From NCBI GenBank assembly GCA_964654485.1, contig CAZZJI010000011.1, positions 1,256 through 65,255 of the forward strand: a DNA stretch of 64,000 bases, written 5' to 3'. Shown piece by piece: positions 49,313-58,287 of the stretch (the first letter of the stretch is position 1; every line of letters begins with the position of its first letter). The position numbers were made by a program, and so were the translations under genes. The stretch comes from an uncultured Gammaproteobacteria bacterium (GTDB lineage: Bacteria; Pseudomonadota; Gammaproteobacteria; SG8-11). The notes under the pieces are model-generated. The model had not been told where the DNA came from, did no database searches, and saw nothing but the letters and a program-made list of their open reading frames with translations.

Positions 49313-50440
49313 ATGACCCCGACACTCAAACTTGCAATTGACTTAATAAACCGCCGTTCTGTTACACCGCAAGATGCCGGTTGTCAGGCACTAATATCTT
49401 CCCGCTTGGAAAAAATCGGATTTAAAATCGAGCACCTGCCATTCGACGATGTAAAAAATATTTGGGCACGCCGTGGTTCTGATGGACCTGTGTTTGCGTT
49501 TGCGGGCCATACAGATGTTGTACCCACAGGCCCGCTTGAAAATTGGCAATCAGATCCATTTAAGTCCGATATTCGTGACGGATACCTGTATGGGCGGGGG
49601 GCTGCCGATATGAAAGGGTCACTCGCCGCGATGGTAACCGCGTGTGAATGTTTTATTGAATCTCATCCTGATTCAACGGCCAATATTGCATTCCTGATTA
49701 CCAGTGATGAAGAAGGCCCAAGTATTAATGGCACAGTAAAAGTCATCGAGCACCTACAAAATCGTGGCGAGAAAATTGATTGGTGCCTGGTGGGCGAACC
49801 GTCCAGTGTGGAAAAACTCGCTGACACTGTTAAAAACGGACGCAGAGGATCGTTAAACGGCAAACTGACTGTTAAGGGCGTACAGGGACACATTGCCTAC
49901 CCGCATCTTGCGAAAAACCCTATTCATTGTGCATTGCCTGCCCTCAGTGAATTGACTAACACACAGTGGGACAATGGAAATGAGTTTTTCCCGCCAACCT
50001 CCTTTCAAATCTCTAATATGCAGGCAGGCACCGGCGCGACCAATGTGATTCCGGGGGTACTTGAGCTGCTTTTTAATTTCCGCTTTTCAACAGAAGTCAC
50101 GGCAGATCAACTAAAACAACAAGTGGAAAGTTGCCTGCAAAAAAACAATGTGGATTTTTCAATTGAGTGGACACTCTCTGGAAATCCCTTTTTGACCCGC
50201 AAGGGAAAATTGATCGAAGCGACAAGCAGTGCAATAAAACAGATAACAGGTATTGATACAATCATATCAACATCCGGTGGCACATCCGATGGGCGCTTTA
50301 TTGCCCCTACGGGTACTCAAGTCGTTGAATTAGGACCCGTCAATAAAACAATTCATAAAATTGATGAATGTGTCAAAACCGACGATCTGGATACGTTGTC
50401 CAAAATCTATCAAACGATTCTGGAAAAACTTTTCATATAA
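49313..50440 (+). CDS. dapE: Succinyl-diaminopimelate desuccinylase
   Basis: M20 peptidase motifs are present ([23 protein letters not shown]). Confidence 0.95.
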   Translation: MTPTLKLAIDLINRRSVTPQDAGCQALISSRLEKIGFKIEHLPFDDVKNIWARRGSDGPVFAFAGHTDVVPTGPLENWQSDPFKSDIRDGYLYGRGAADMKGSLAAMVTACECFIESHPDSTANIAFLITSDEEGPSINGTVKVIEHLQNRGEKIDWCLVGEPSSVEKLADTVKNGRRGSLNGKLTVKGVQGHIAYPHLAKNPIHCALPALSELTNTQWDNGNEFFPPTSFQISNMQAGTGATNVIPGVLELLFNFRFSTEVTADQLKQQVESCLQKNNVDFSIEWTLSGNPFLTRKGKLIEATSSAIKQITGIDTIISTSGGTSDGRFIAPTGTQVVELGPVNKTIHKIDECVKTDDLDTLSKIYQTILEKLFI

Positions 50441-50589
50441 CGATGCGTCATCGTGCGACTATACATTACGTAACATAAGTTAATTGCCTTCGCCGAACAC
50501 TTTGCCGAATAAAGATCAAACTGGCTTATCCGTATATATTGACTAATATAGTTATAAACCTAACACATCAGTCAAAGTGAGTGACAATC

Positions 50590-50955
50590 ATGAATGAAAA
50601 ACGGCACTTTAAACGTATCGAATTTGACTCTACCGCACATATTTTTAGTGATAACAGATCCTGGGAAACACCTCTTATTGATATCTGTCTGAAAGGGTTA
50701 TTGACTAAAAAACCGGCTAAATTTAATGCGGTCGTCGGCGATCATTTTATTGTTGAAGTGCAACTCACCAGCAGTGATAGTGTTATCAAGATGAATGCAA
50801 AAATCGCACATATCGAAGATAATGGCGTTGGCTTCGAATGTGAAAACATTGATATTGACAGTGTCACCCATCTAAGGCGCTTGGTAGAACTTAACCTGGG
50901 CGATACCATGTTGCTGGATAGAGAATTGTCTGAATTGGTTGCCTATGACAAATAA
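50590..50955 (+). CDS. Stand-alone PilZ-domain protein (putative c-di-GMP receptor)
   Basis: It carries an RxxxR-like element (KRHFKRIEF) and a downstream D-x-x-x-x-G element (DICLKGLL) in a protein of about 120 aa. I prefer the ATG at 50590 over the GTG at 50581. Confidence 0.7.
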   Translation: MNEKRHFKRIEFDSTAHIFSDNRSWETPLIDICLKGLLTKKPAKFNAVVGDHFIVEVQLTSSDSVIKMNAKIAHIEDNGVGFECENIDIDSVTHLRRLVELNLGDTMLLDRELSELVAYDK

Positions 50956-50974
50956 TTATTTTAGCAGGCGCTGA

Positions 50975-52339
50975 TTAGCTTGAATAATTCACCGCGTCAG
51001 AAAGCCGTTTGACGGCGAGGATATTTAAGCCATCAATTTTTTCTTTCGGCATGTTGGCCGCAGGGATTATTGCATTTTGAAATCCATGTTTTGCCGCTTC
51101 CCGTAACCGATCCTGGCCATTTTGTATTGGCCGAATCTCACCGGCCAATCCTATCTCACCGAATACGACCAAACCCTTTGGCAACGGTCGATCTCTCAAA
51201 CTGGAAATGATTGACAACAATGTCGGTAAATCAGCTGCAGGCTCGGAGATGCGCATTCCACCAACGACGTTAACAAACACATCCTGATTGTAAGTCGATA
51301 TACCGCCGTGTCGATGCAGCACGGCTAATAACATTGTTAAGCGATTTTGCTCCAATCCCACGGTAACACGTCGCGGATTCGGCAATGGGCTCTCATCGAC
51401 CAAAGACTGTACTTCAACTAATATCGGTCGACTGCCTTCTTTGGTAACGGTAATAACACTACCAGACACACTCGAATCATGCCGCGACAGAAAGATAGCC
51501 GATGGGTTAGACACCGCATGCAGACCGTCTTCCATCATCGCAAACATGCCCAACTCATTGACCGCCCCAAACCGATTTTTGGTCGCCCGCAATACCCGGT
51601 ATTGACTGGTATTGTCACCTTCAAAATACAGCACAGTGTCTACCATGTGCTCCAACACCCGCGGGCCAGCGAGGGTCCCCTCTTTTGTTACATGCCCGAC
51701 AAGTAACAAGGAAGTCCCGGTCTGTTTGGCATAACGTACCAACATGGCGGTACTTTCCCGTAACTGTGCAACATTGCCCGGCGCCGACTGTAATATCTCA
51801 GTGTAAATAGTTTGCACCGAATCGATAACAATCACATTGGGGTGTTCTTTTTGCGCAAGTTTGATTATGCGTTCAACATTGGTTTCAGCCAACAAACGAA
51901 TTTGCTGACCATCGAGACCCAAGCGTCGTGCACGTAAGCTGATTTGTTGTGGTGATTCTTCACCGGTGACATAAAGCGAAGGCACTGACTCAGAGACCGA
52001 GGCCAGCGCCTGTAAAAGCAGTGTCGATTTTCCTATACCCGGGTCACCGCCAATCATCACAACGGAGCCTTTCACCAAACCGCCGCCCAGTACACGATCC
52101 AGCTCACTCAGTCGAGTTGAAAAACGATGCTCGGCATCGATTTCAACGTCATTCAGGTTCTGTATCAGGGCTTCGCCAGCATAACCACTAAAACGAGGGT
52201 GTTTATCGGCGGCTTTGGCAGAAAGAGACACGGTCTCAGTCAATGTATTCCAGGATTTGCATTCACCACATTGCCCCGCCCACTGTGGAAACTGGGCGCC
52301 GCATGAATTACAACTGAAAATATTTTTTACTTTGGCCAA
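50975..52339 (-). CDS. radA: DNA repair protein RadA
   Basis: It has an N-terminal zinc ribbon (CNSCGAQFPQWAGQCGECKSWNT), Walker A (GGDPGIGKST), KNRFG and a Lon-like C-terminus. TTG start with SD AAGAGG. Confidence 0.95.
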   Translation of the reverse strand: MAKVKNIFSCNSCGAQFPQWAGQCGECKSWNTLTETVSLSAKAADKHPRFSGYAGEALIQNLNDVEIDAEHRFSTRLSELDRVLGGGLVKGSVVMIGGDPGIGKSTLLLQALASVSESVPSLYVTGEESPQQISLRARRLGLDGQQIRLLAETNVERIIKLAQKEHPNVIVIDSVQTIYTEILQSAPGNVAQLRESTAMLVRYAKQTGTSLLLVGHVTKEGTLAGPRVLEHMVDTVLYFEGDNTSQYRVLRATKNRFGAVNELGMFAMMEDGLHAVSNPSAIFLSRHDSSVSGSVITVTKEGSRPILVEVQSLVDESPLPNPRRVTVGLEQNRLTMLLAVLHRHGGISTYNQDVFVNVVGGMRISEPAADLPTLLSIISSLRDRPLPKGLVVFGEIGLAGEIRPIQNGQDRLREAAKHGFQNAIIPAANMPKEKIDGLNILAVKRLSDAVNYSS

Positions 52340-52382
52340 ACAGTAACCTCTTTTAACTTGGCAACCTTTGATTTATTTAGGA

Positions 52383-53495
52383 TTAAGTTTCAACAAACCT
52401 GACGCGTTGCGTAATGCCGCACACTAACTCATAGGCAATAGTTGTGGCGAATTGCGCGACCTTTTCAATGGGCAAATTTTTTCCCCACAGTTCAACTTCA
52501 TCACCCACCATCGCCTGTTTATCTGCAGTTAAATCAACGGTAATCATATCCATCGACACACACCCAACTAATGGCGCTATTTTATTATTGACTAACACAG
52601 GCGTGCCGTTAGCTGCGTGACGCGGATAACCATCCCCATAACCAAATGCAACAACACCGACCCGTGCAGTCTGCGGACAGACCCAGCGAGCACCATATCC
52701 AACCGCCTCACCTTTGGCTAATTTCTTAATCTCTATAAGTTTTGACTTCACACTCATCACCGGTTTTAAATCAAAATTATTGGCGACTTTGTCACGAAAA
52801 GGAGAAATACCGTAAAGCATGATACCTGGCCTGACCCAATTAACGTGCGACTCGGGAGAGGACAAGAGCGCGGCGGAATTGGCGATACTTTTTTCCACTG
52901 AATCCATAGAAAGTGCTAAACAACGAATAGCCGAATTAAAACAGGCCAGTTGTTTAACATTGGCTAAATTATCAGTTTCATCTGCATTTGCTAAATGTGT
53001 CATCAGAATCACAGGTTGTCTGACAATAGATAATTCTTGCAATTGATTTATGACAGAAACAATCTCGTCAGGCGCAATGCCTAATCGATGCATGCCGGTA
53101 TCGATTTTTAACCAAACAGAAATTTTGCAAGAAACGGTTATTGAAGGCGCTACCTCCACATACTTTTTTAAAAGTGATATTTGCGTCTGACTATGCAGTA
53201 CCAAATCAAGATCGTGTTCAACAACTAATTTTATTTCGTTAGCTTCAAACATTCCCCCTAACAAAACAATGCGCTGTTTAATACCGGCTTCACGTAGCTG
53301 TATCGCTTCATCAACACTTGCCACAGCAAATGCATCTGCATCGGACAGCGCGTTAGCAGTACGAATTATTCCGTGACCATAACCATTTGCTTTGATAACT
53401 GCGACAACTCGGCTGGAAGGTGCAGCACGTCGAACGACCTGAAGATTATGATGAAAAGCGTTTAGATCAATTTCTGCCCATGCGGGACGGCTCAC
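52383..53495 (-). CDS. alr: Alanine racemase
   Basis: The PLP-lysine motif VIKANGYGHG is present. Length 370 aa. Synteny dnaB-alr. Confidence 0.93.
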   Translation of the reverse strand: MSRPAWAEIDLNAFHHNLQVVRRAAPSSRVVAVIKANGYGHGIIRTANALSDADAFAVASVDEAIQLREAGIKQRIVLLGGMFEANEIKLVVEHDLDLVLHSQTQISLLKKYVEVAPSITVSCKISVWLKIDTGMHRLGIAPDEIVSVINQLQELSIVRQPVILMTHLANADETDNLANVKQLACFNSAIRCLALSMDSVEKSIANSAALLSSPESHVNWVRPGIMLYGISPFRDKVANNFDLKPVMSVKSKLIEIKKLAKGEAVGYGARWVCPQTARVGVVAFGYGDGYPRHAANGTPVLVNNKIAPLVGCVSMDMITVDLTADKQAMVGDEVELWGKNLPIEKVAQFATTIAYELVCGITQRVRFVET

Positions 53496-54886
53496 GAAAA
53501 ACCCTCGTTGCTATAAACATCTTGCATAAAATTTTCAAAACGTGTGTATTGACCAAGAAATGTTAATCGATCGTAACCGATAGGACCGTTTCGATGCTTG
53601 GCTATAATTATTTCTGCCATGCCTTTATCCGGCGTGTCTTCATTATAAACTTCATCGCGATAGATAAACGCAATGATATCGGCATCCTGCTCTATCGCAC
53701 CTGATTCCCTCAAATCAGACATGATCGGTCTTTTATTGGGTCTTTGCTCTAAACTACGATTAAGTTGGGATAAGGCAATAACCGGTACGTTGAGTTCTTT
53801 GGCAAGCGCTTTTAGTGAACGTGAGATTTCGCTAATTTCATTTACACGATTCTCAGATGTGCCAGAGACTTGCATCAGTTGCAAATAATCAATCACAATC
53901 AAACCCAGATTGTGTTCTCGTTTTAATCTACGCGCACGTGCGCGTAACTCATTGGGCGACAACGCCGGCGTATCGTCGATAAAAATGGGCGCTTCCGATA
54001 ACATGCTAACCGCATGTGTTAATCGCGGCCAATCATTATCATCCAGCTTGCCTGAACGTACTTTTGATTGATCGATTCGACCGAGCGACGACATCATTCT
54101 CATCGCAAGTTGCTCGCTGGACATTTCCATACTAAACACGGCCGTCGTCACGCCGCCTTTTATCGTGGCATGCTCAACAATGTTCATTGCAAACGAGGTT
54201 TTCCCCATCGAGGGTCGACCAGCGACGATGATAAGATCTGAATTCTGTAAGCCGGAAGTCCTATTATCAATATCAGTCCAACCCGTTGCAATGCCCGTTA
54301 GCATGTCCGTTGAATGATAAAGTGTATCTATTCTTTCTACCGCCGTGGCCAACAATTCTTTTATCGGCGCAAATCCGCCACGACTACGTGCGCCCCTGTC
54401 CGCTATTTTGAATACCAGTTTTTCCGCATTATCCAGTAATTCAGCGCTGCTACGGCCTTCACGACTATAAACGGAAGTACACACTTCTGTTCCCACCTGC
54501 ACGAGTTGCCGCAAGATGGAGCGTTCGCGCACTATTTCGGCATAGGCTTTTATGTTCGCGGCCGAAGGGGTGTTTTGTACAAGCGAACTCAGGTAGGCCA
54601 AACCGCCTGCATTTTCCAGTTGTTCGAGATTGTCTAATCGTTCTGACAAGGTGATAACATCGAAGGGGCTAGACTGATTTGATAAATCAGCAATGGCACG
54701 AAATATCAGACTATGATCACGCCGGTAGAAATCAACTTCTGTAATAATATCAGCAATTTTATCAAATGACTCATTCGCTAACATGAGTCCTCCGAGAACG
54801 GATTGCTCGGATTCTATAGACTGCGGAGGAACCTTGAGCGCTGCTTCACCTGTAATCCCTTCCATCACCTGGGTAAGTTCTTGCAT
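53492..54886 (-). CDS. dnaB: Replicative DNA helicase
   Basis: Walker A motif GRPSMGKTSF and the motifs …IVIDYLQLM… and …SQLNRSLEQR… are present. Confidence 0.95.
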   Translation of the reverse strand: MQELTQVMEGITGEAALKVPPQSIESEQSVLGGLMLANESFDKIADIITEVDFYRRDHSLIFRAIADLSNQSSPFDVITLSERLDNLEQLENAGGLAYLSSLVQNTPSAANIKAYAEIVRERSILRQLVQVGTEVCTSVYSREGRSSAELLDNAEKLVFKIADRGARSRGGFAPIKELLATAVERIDTLYHSTDMLTGIATGWTDIDNRTSGLQNSDLIIVAGRPSMGKTSFAMNIVEHATIKGGVTTAVFSMEMSSEQLAMRMMSSLGRIDQSKVRSGKLDDNDWPRLTHAVSMLSEAPIFIDDTPALSPNELRARARRLKREHNLGLIVIDYLQLMQVSGTSENRVNEISEISRSLKALAKELNVPVIALSQLNRSLEQRPNKRPIMSDLRESGAIEQDADIIAFIYRDEVYNEDTPDKGMAEIIIAKHRNGPIGYDRLTFLGQYTRFENFMQDVYSNEGFS

Positions 54887-54991
54887 AGTACCTTCTTGCC
54901 TTCTTGCATAGTACCTCTAACTCAAGCAGCTCCAACTCAAATATGTCCAACTTTACTGAAGGAATCGAAATAGTAGCTTAGCTATTCATAA

Positions 54992-55438
54992 CTATTCTGC
55001 TACTACGGAGACTTGTACAGTCACATTTATGTCAGTGTGTAGATGTATGACGATATCAAAATCACCGACTTCACGAATTGCGCCTTGAGGTAATCGAATT
55101 TCCTGTTTTTCTATCGGTGCGCCTGCATCAGTGAACGCTTTGGCAATATCTACCGTACCCACCGAACCAAACAGTTTACCTTCTTCACCCGCTTTTTGCG
55201 CCACAATCACTTTCTTGCCAGCTAAGGCATCTGCTCGCGCTTGTGCTGCGGCAACCACATCTGCGGCTGCTTTTTCAAACTCAGCTCGTCTAGCTTCAAA
55301 TTTAGAAAGATTTTCCTTGGTTGCAGGCACCGCGATGCCTTTCGGAATTAAAAAATTTCGGCCATAACCGGGACGTACGTTAACTGCATCACCCAAATCA
55401 CCCAAGTTTTGAATCTTTTCCAGTAAAATAATTTGCAT
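54992..55438 (-). CDS. rplI: 50S ribosomal protein L9
   Basis: The N-terminus reads MQIILLEKIQNLGDLGD…VRPGYGRNFLIP. Length 148 aa. Confidence 0.95.
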   Translation of the reverse strand: MQIILLEKIQNLGDLGDAVNVRPGYGRNFLIPKGIAVPATKENLSKFEARRAEFEKAAADVVAAAQARADALAGKKVIVAQKAGEEGKLFGSVGTVDIAKAFTDAGAPIEKQEIRLPQGAIREVGDFDIVIHLHTDINVTVQVSVVAE

Positions 55439-55474
55439 TTCTAAACCCCAATAATTAAATGAATATCCGATTCA

Positions 55475-56389
55475 CTACACTGATGTCTTTTTATTAAAAT
55501 AATCTCTTAAGTCCAACCAGTTATCCAACAGCCCTATCAATGCGATAAATTGACCAAATAAAATAAATACTATGTATACCGCAACCAACCAAGGTGTTGA
55601 TACTGACAACTTTCCTGTAACCGTATGCGCAATTGCCAACCCTTGTAATGCAAACAAGGCAAAAGCGACAACGGCAAAATGGCCCGCAATTGTCGATATT
55701 CCACCCGTTGCCAACAAAGCCACGACGGCGAAACCTGCCATGATCAACGTTAATGGCTTACCTAATTTCAAAGAACAAAATTCGCTGCGAAACCCCCCTG
55801 GATTATACAACATTGACTGCCACCAACGCGCAATAATTAACATGAGCAGGTGGAAATACATTATAAAAACAGCCAAAAAACCGGTCATTTTTCCGGCCGA
55901 TTCGCTCATGTAGGTCTGTAACAGTTTACGCTGATCTTCTTCGACACCCGGCTGATCCATTACCGGCGTAAACATAGGTTCTAATACTGATTCATACCAC
56001 CATGCGGCAGGATCATCCAACACCGCATGCGTTACCAGGATTGTCAACCAACCTAAAATAACACCCAATAATAGCGTTTTTTGTAACGACAAGGTAAAAC
56101 GCAACACACCTGCAAGCAGCCAAATGGGAACCCAGACAAGCGCTGCAAAACCTATCGCAAAAAAAGGCTGACCCAGAGAAATAAACGCAATGACAGCCGT
56201 AATAACAATAGCGCTGACGGTGACAATCGCACCCTGTTTTAACCCTTGTCGTAATGTAACTAAACCGATCGCTGTTCCACTTAACAGACTAAAAGGAAAC
56301 ATAATCAAGGAAAGCACCCCGAATACAACAGTGACGAGCACCGCTTGCATCGGGCCACGCATCACATACGAAGCTAGCGAACGCATCAC
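55475..56389 (-). CDS. Multi-pass inner-membrane protein of unknown function (the conserved 'rpsR-X-rplI' gene)
   Basis: About 8 hydrophobic helices with no recognisable catalytic motif. It occupies the same position as the hypothetical membrane gene between rpsR and rplI in Pseudomonas-type operons. Confidence 0.7.
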   Translation of the reverse strand: MMRSLASYVMRGPMQAVLVTVVFGVLSLIMFPFSLLSGTAIGLVTLRQGLKQGAIVTVSAIVITAVIAFISLGQPFFAIGFAALVWVPIWLLAGVLRFTLSLQKTLLLGVILGWLTILVTHAVLDDPAAWWYESVLEPMFTPVMDQPGVEEDQRKLLQTYMSESAGKMTGFLAVFIMYFHLLMLIIARWWQSMLYNPGGFRSEFCSLKLGKPLTLIMAGFAVVALLATGGISTIAGHFAVVAFALFALQGLAIAHTVTGKLSVSTPWLVAVYIVFILFGQFIALIGLLDNWLDLRDYFNKKTSV

Positions 56390-56474
56390 GATAAAACCCT
56401 ATTTATTCTATCCGGTCCGCAACAAGGGACCCATCTCCCTTTCATAGAGCAGGTATTTATTAATGGCGCAACAA

Positions 56475-56699
56475 TTAATGCGCGTCGCAATAAGGTAACA
56501 ATGCTAGGTAACGTGCTCTTTTAATCGACGTCGCCAATTGCCGTTGATACTTAGCCTTTGTTCCGGTAATTCGACTGGGAACAATTTTTCCGCTCTCGGA
56601 AACAAAGCCTTTTAATAATTGTATATCCTTGTAATCGATTTCAGTGATGCCTTCGGCAGTAAATCGACAAAACTTTTTACGACGAAAATAACGAGCCAT
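56475..56699 (-). CDS. rpsR: 30S ribosomal protein S18
   Basis: A 74-aa protein starting [13 protein letters not shown]… and containing …[14 protein letters not shown]. Confidence 0.95.
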   Translation of the reverse strand: MARYFRRKKFCRFTAEGITEIDYKDIQLLKGFVSESGKIVPSRITGTKAKYQRQLATSIKRARYLALLPYCDAH

Positions 56700-56798
56700 A
56701 CTTATTCCTCTTCCTCAATTTGATATAAATATCTATTAATTAGTGTTCTAGCAACCTGGAATTCTGTGCAATAGAAAGTCTGCAATAGACAATCTGCA

Positions 56799-57320
56799 TC
56801 AGGAATGCAACGCTTCCACTTTCTCGGCAGGTTTATCTGGCGCCACTTCCTCGGCAGGTTTATCTGACGCCACTTCTTCCGCGGGAGCAGAATCAACAGA
56901 TGGCGCTTCGTTGGGCGTCGAATCAACGCCCGTTGCATCAGTCGCCGCAACACCAGGAGCCACGACACTTGGCGGCGCTGGTGTTTCAGCAGTATTCGAC
57001 TCTACTGGTTTTACCAGCGGAGATGCTTCCGTTACCGCACGTTTCATGACTAGAACCAAATTACGTATCACGGCATCATTAAAACGGAACGCATTTTCCA
57101 ACTCTTCCAATGCATCTTTACCACACTCAATATTCATGAGTACATAATGGGCTTTATGAATTTTGTTGATAGGATAAGTAAGTTGGCGCCGACCCCAGTC
57201 TTCCAGTCGATGAATCGCGCCTTTTTTGGATTCGATGATACTGCGATAACGCTCTATCATTGAGGGTACTTGTTCGCTCTGGTCAGGATGGACCAGAAAC
57301 ACTATTTCATAATGTCGCAT
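56799..57320 (-). CDS. rpsF: 30S ribosomal protein S6 with a P/A/E-rich C-terminal extension
   Basis: The core starts [18 protein letters not shown]. The extension of about 70 aa ends with the repeat [33 protein letters not shown]. Confidence 0.93.
   Translation of the reverse strand: MRHYEIVFLVHPDQSEQVPSMIERYRSIIESKKGAIHRLEDWGRRQLTYPINKIHKAHYVLMNIECGKDALEELENAFRFNDAVIRNLVLVMKRAVTEASPLVKPVESNTAETPAPPSVVAPGVAATDATGVDSTPNEAPSVDSAPAEEVASDKPAEEVAPDKPAEKVEALHS
56816..56885. repeat. 27-nt tandem repeat (about 2.5 copies) inside the 3' end of rpsF
   Basis: CCACTTTCTCGGCAGGTTTATCTGGCG / CCACTTCCTCGGCAGGTTTATCTGACG / CCACTTCTTCCGCGGG… The repeat is in frame (9 codons per unit). Confidence 0.85.
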
Positions 57321-57539
57321 ATATAATGCTCCTTATGGTTTATGAGCTTCCTACAACATCTTGTATTGAACGCTAAATACATGACGACTTACAGCAGTAA
57401 AGCAAGGAGTTAACCAGGCAATCCTGGCGAGCCGGATATTCTACTTCAGACTCAATTGCGATGCAATTTGATAAATAAACGCTTTAACTTTTTGATATTA
57501 TTAATTATTTAACTCAGCACAGGTCATATTGCCGTTGAT

Positions 57540-58286
57540 TTAATCTAATCTTCTCTGACGTAGCGCCTCAAAAAGACATATGCCCGTCGCAACGGACACA
57601 TTTAAACTTTCCACAACACCTGCCATTGGAATAGACGCAAGAAAATCACAACACTGCGCAGTCAAACGACGCATTCCCTTGCCCTCGCCGCCCAACACAA
57701 TAGCAAGAGGCCCTTTTAAATCAAGCTCATATAGACTTTTCCTCGAATTACCCGAGGCACCAACGAGCCAAATACCTTTATCCTTTAACTGACGCAATAC
57801 ACGGGCAAGGTTGGTCACCTGAATAAAGGGAACGTGTTCCACCGCCCCCGAGGCCACTTTGCGAACCGCACCCGTTATTGATGCTGAATTGTCCCTGGGT
57901 ACGATGATCGCCTGCACACCGGCGGCATCAGCAGAACGCAAACACGCGCCCAAATTATGTGGGTCCTGTACACCATCGAGCACCAATAGAAATGGAGGTG
58001 TTTCGGTAGATTCAATCAATTGCATCAAGTCAGCCTCGGTATGAACAACCGCAGGATAACAACTGGCAAGCACCCCTTGATGTTTTACACCGGCTATTCT
58101 GCTTTCAATGTCCTGAACAGAAACAAGCTGAAAATTGACTGCGTTCTTTCTGGCCAGATCAACGAGTTGCCTTAAGCGCTGATCATGACGTTTTTGATCT
58201 ATCCATATCGTATCCAGGCTAGTGGGATTAAGTTCAATCGCCTTGGTGACGGCATGCAGACCATAAATAAGATCGTCTTTAGCCAT
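57540..58286 (-). CDS. rlmB: 23S rRNA (guanosine-2'-O)-methyltransferase RlmB (SpoU/TrmH family)
   Basis: A SpoU methylase C-terminal domain is present (…GGEGKGMRRLT…IPMAGVVESLNVSVATGI). I prefer the ATG at 58286 (MAKDDLIYGLHAV), 1 nt past the rnr stop. The track's longer N-terminus overlaps rnr. Confidence 0.9.
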   Translation of the reverse strand: MAKDDLIYGLHAVTKAIELNPTSLDTIWIDQKRHDQRLRQLVDLARKNAVNFQLVSVQDIESRIAGVKHQGVLASCYPAVVHTEADLMQLIESTETPPFLLVLDGVQDPHNLGACLRSADAAGVQAIIVPRDNSASITGAVRKVASGAVEHVPFIQVTNLARVLRQLKDKGIWLVGASGNSRKSLYELDLKGPLAIVLGGEGKGMRRLTAQCCDFLASIPMAGVVESLNVSVATGICLFEALRQRRLD

Positions 58287-58287
58287 G

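Noticed and set aside
56390-56799. The absence of priB between rpsF and rpsR, and the presence of a membrane-protein gene between rpsR and rplI, as a possible anomaly.
   Set aside because: The arrangement rnr-rlmB-rpsF-rpsR-(membrane protein)-rplI-dnaB is the normal Pseudomonas-type organisation, so this reflects lineage synteny and is not unusual.
56702-56968. An 88-aa ORF overlapping the 3' end of rpsF, with repeated 'INLPRKWRQ' sequence.
   Set aside because: It is an alternative frame of the 27-nt tandem repeat inside rpsF. It has no independent start signals and would occupy the rpsF-rpsR junction.
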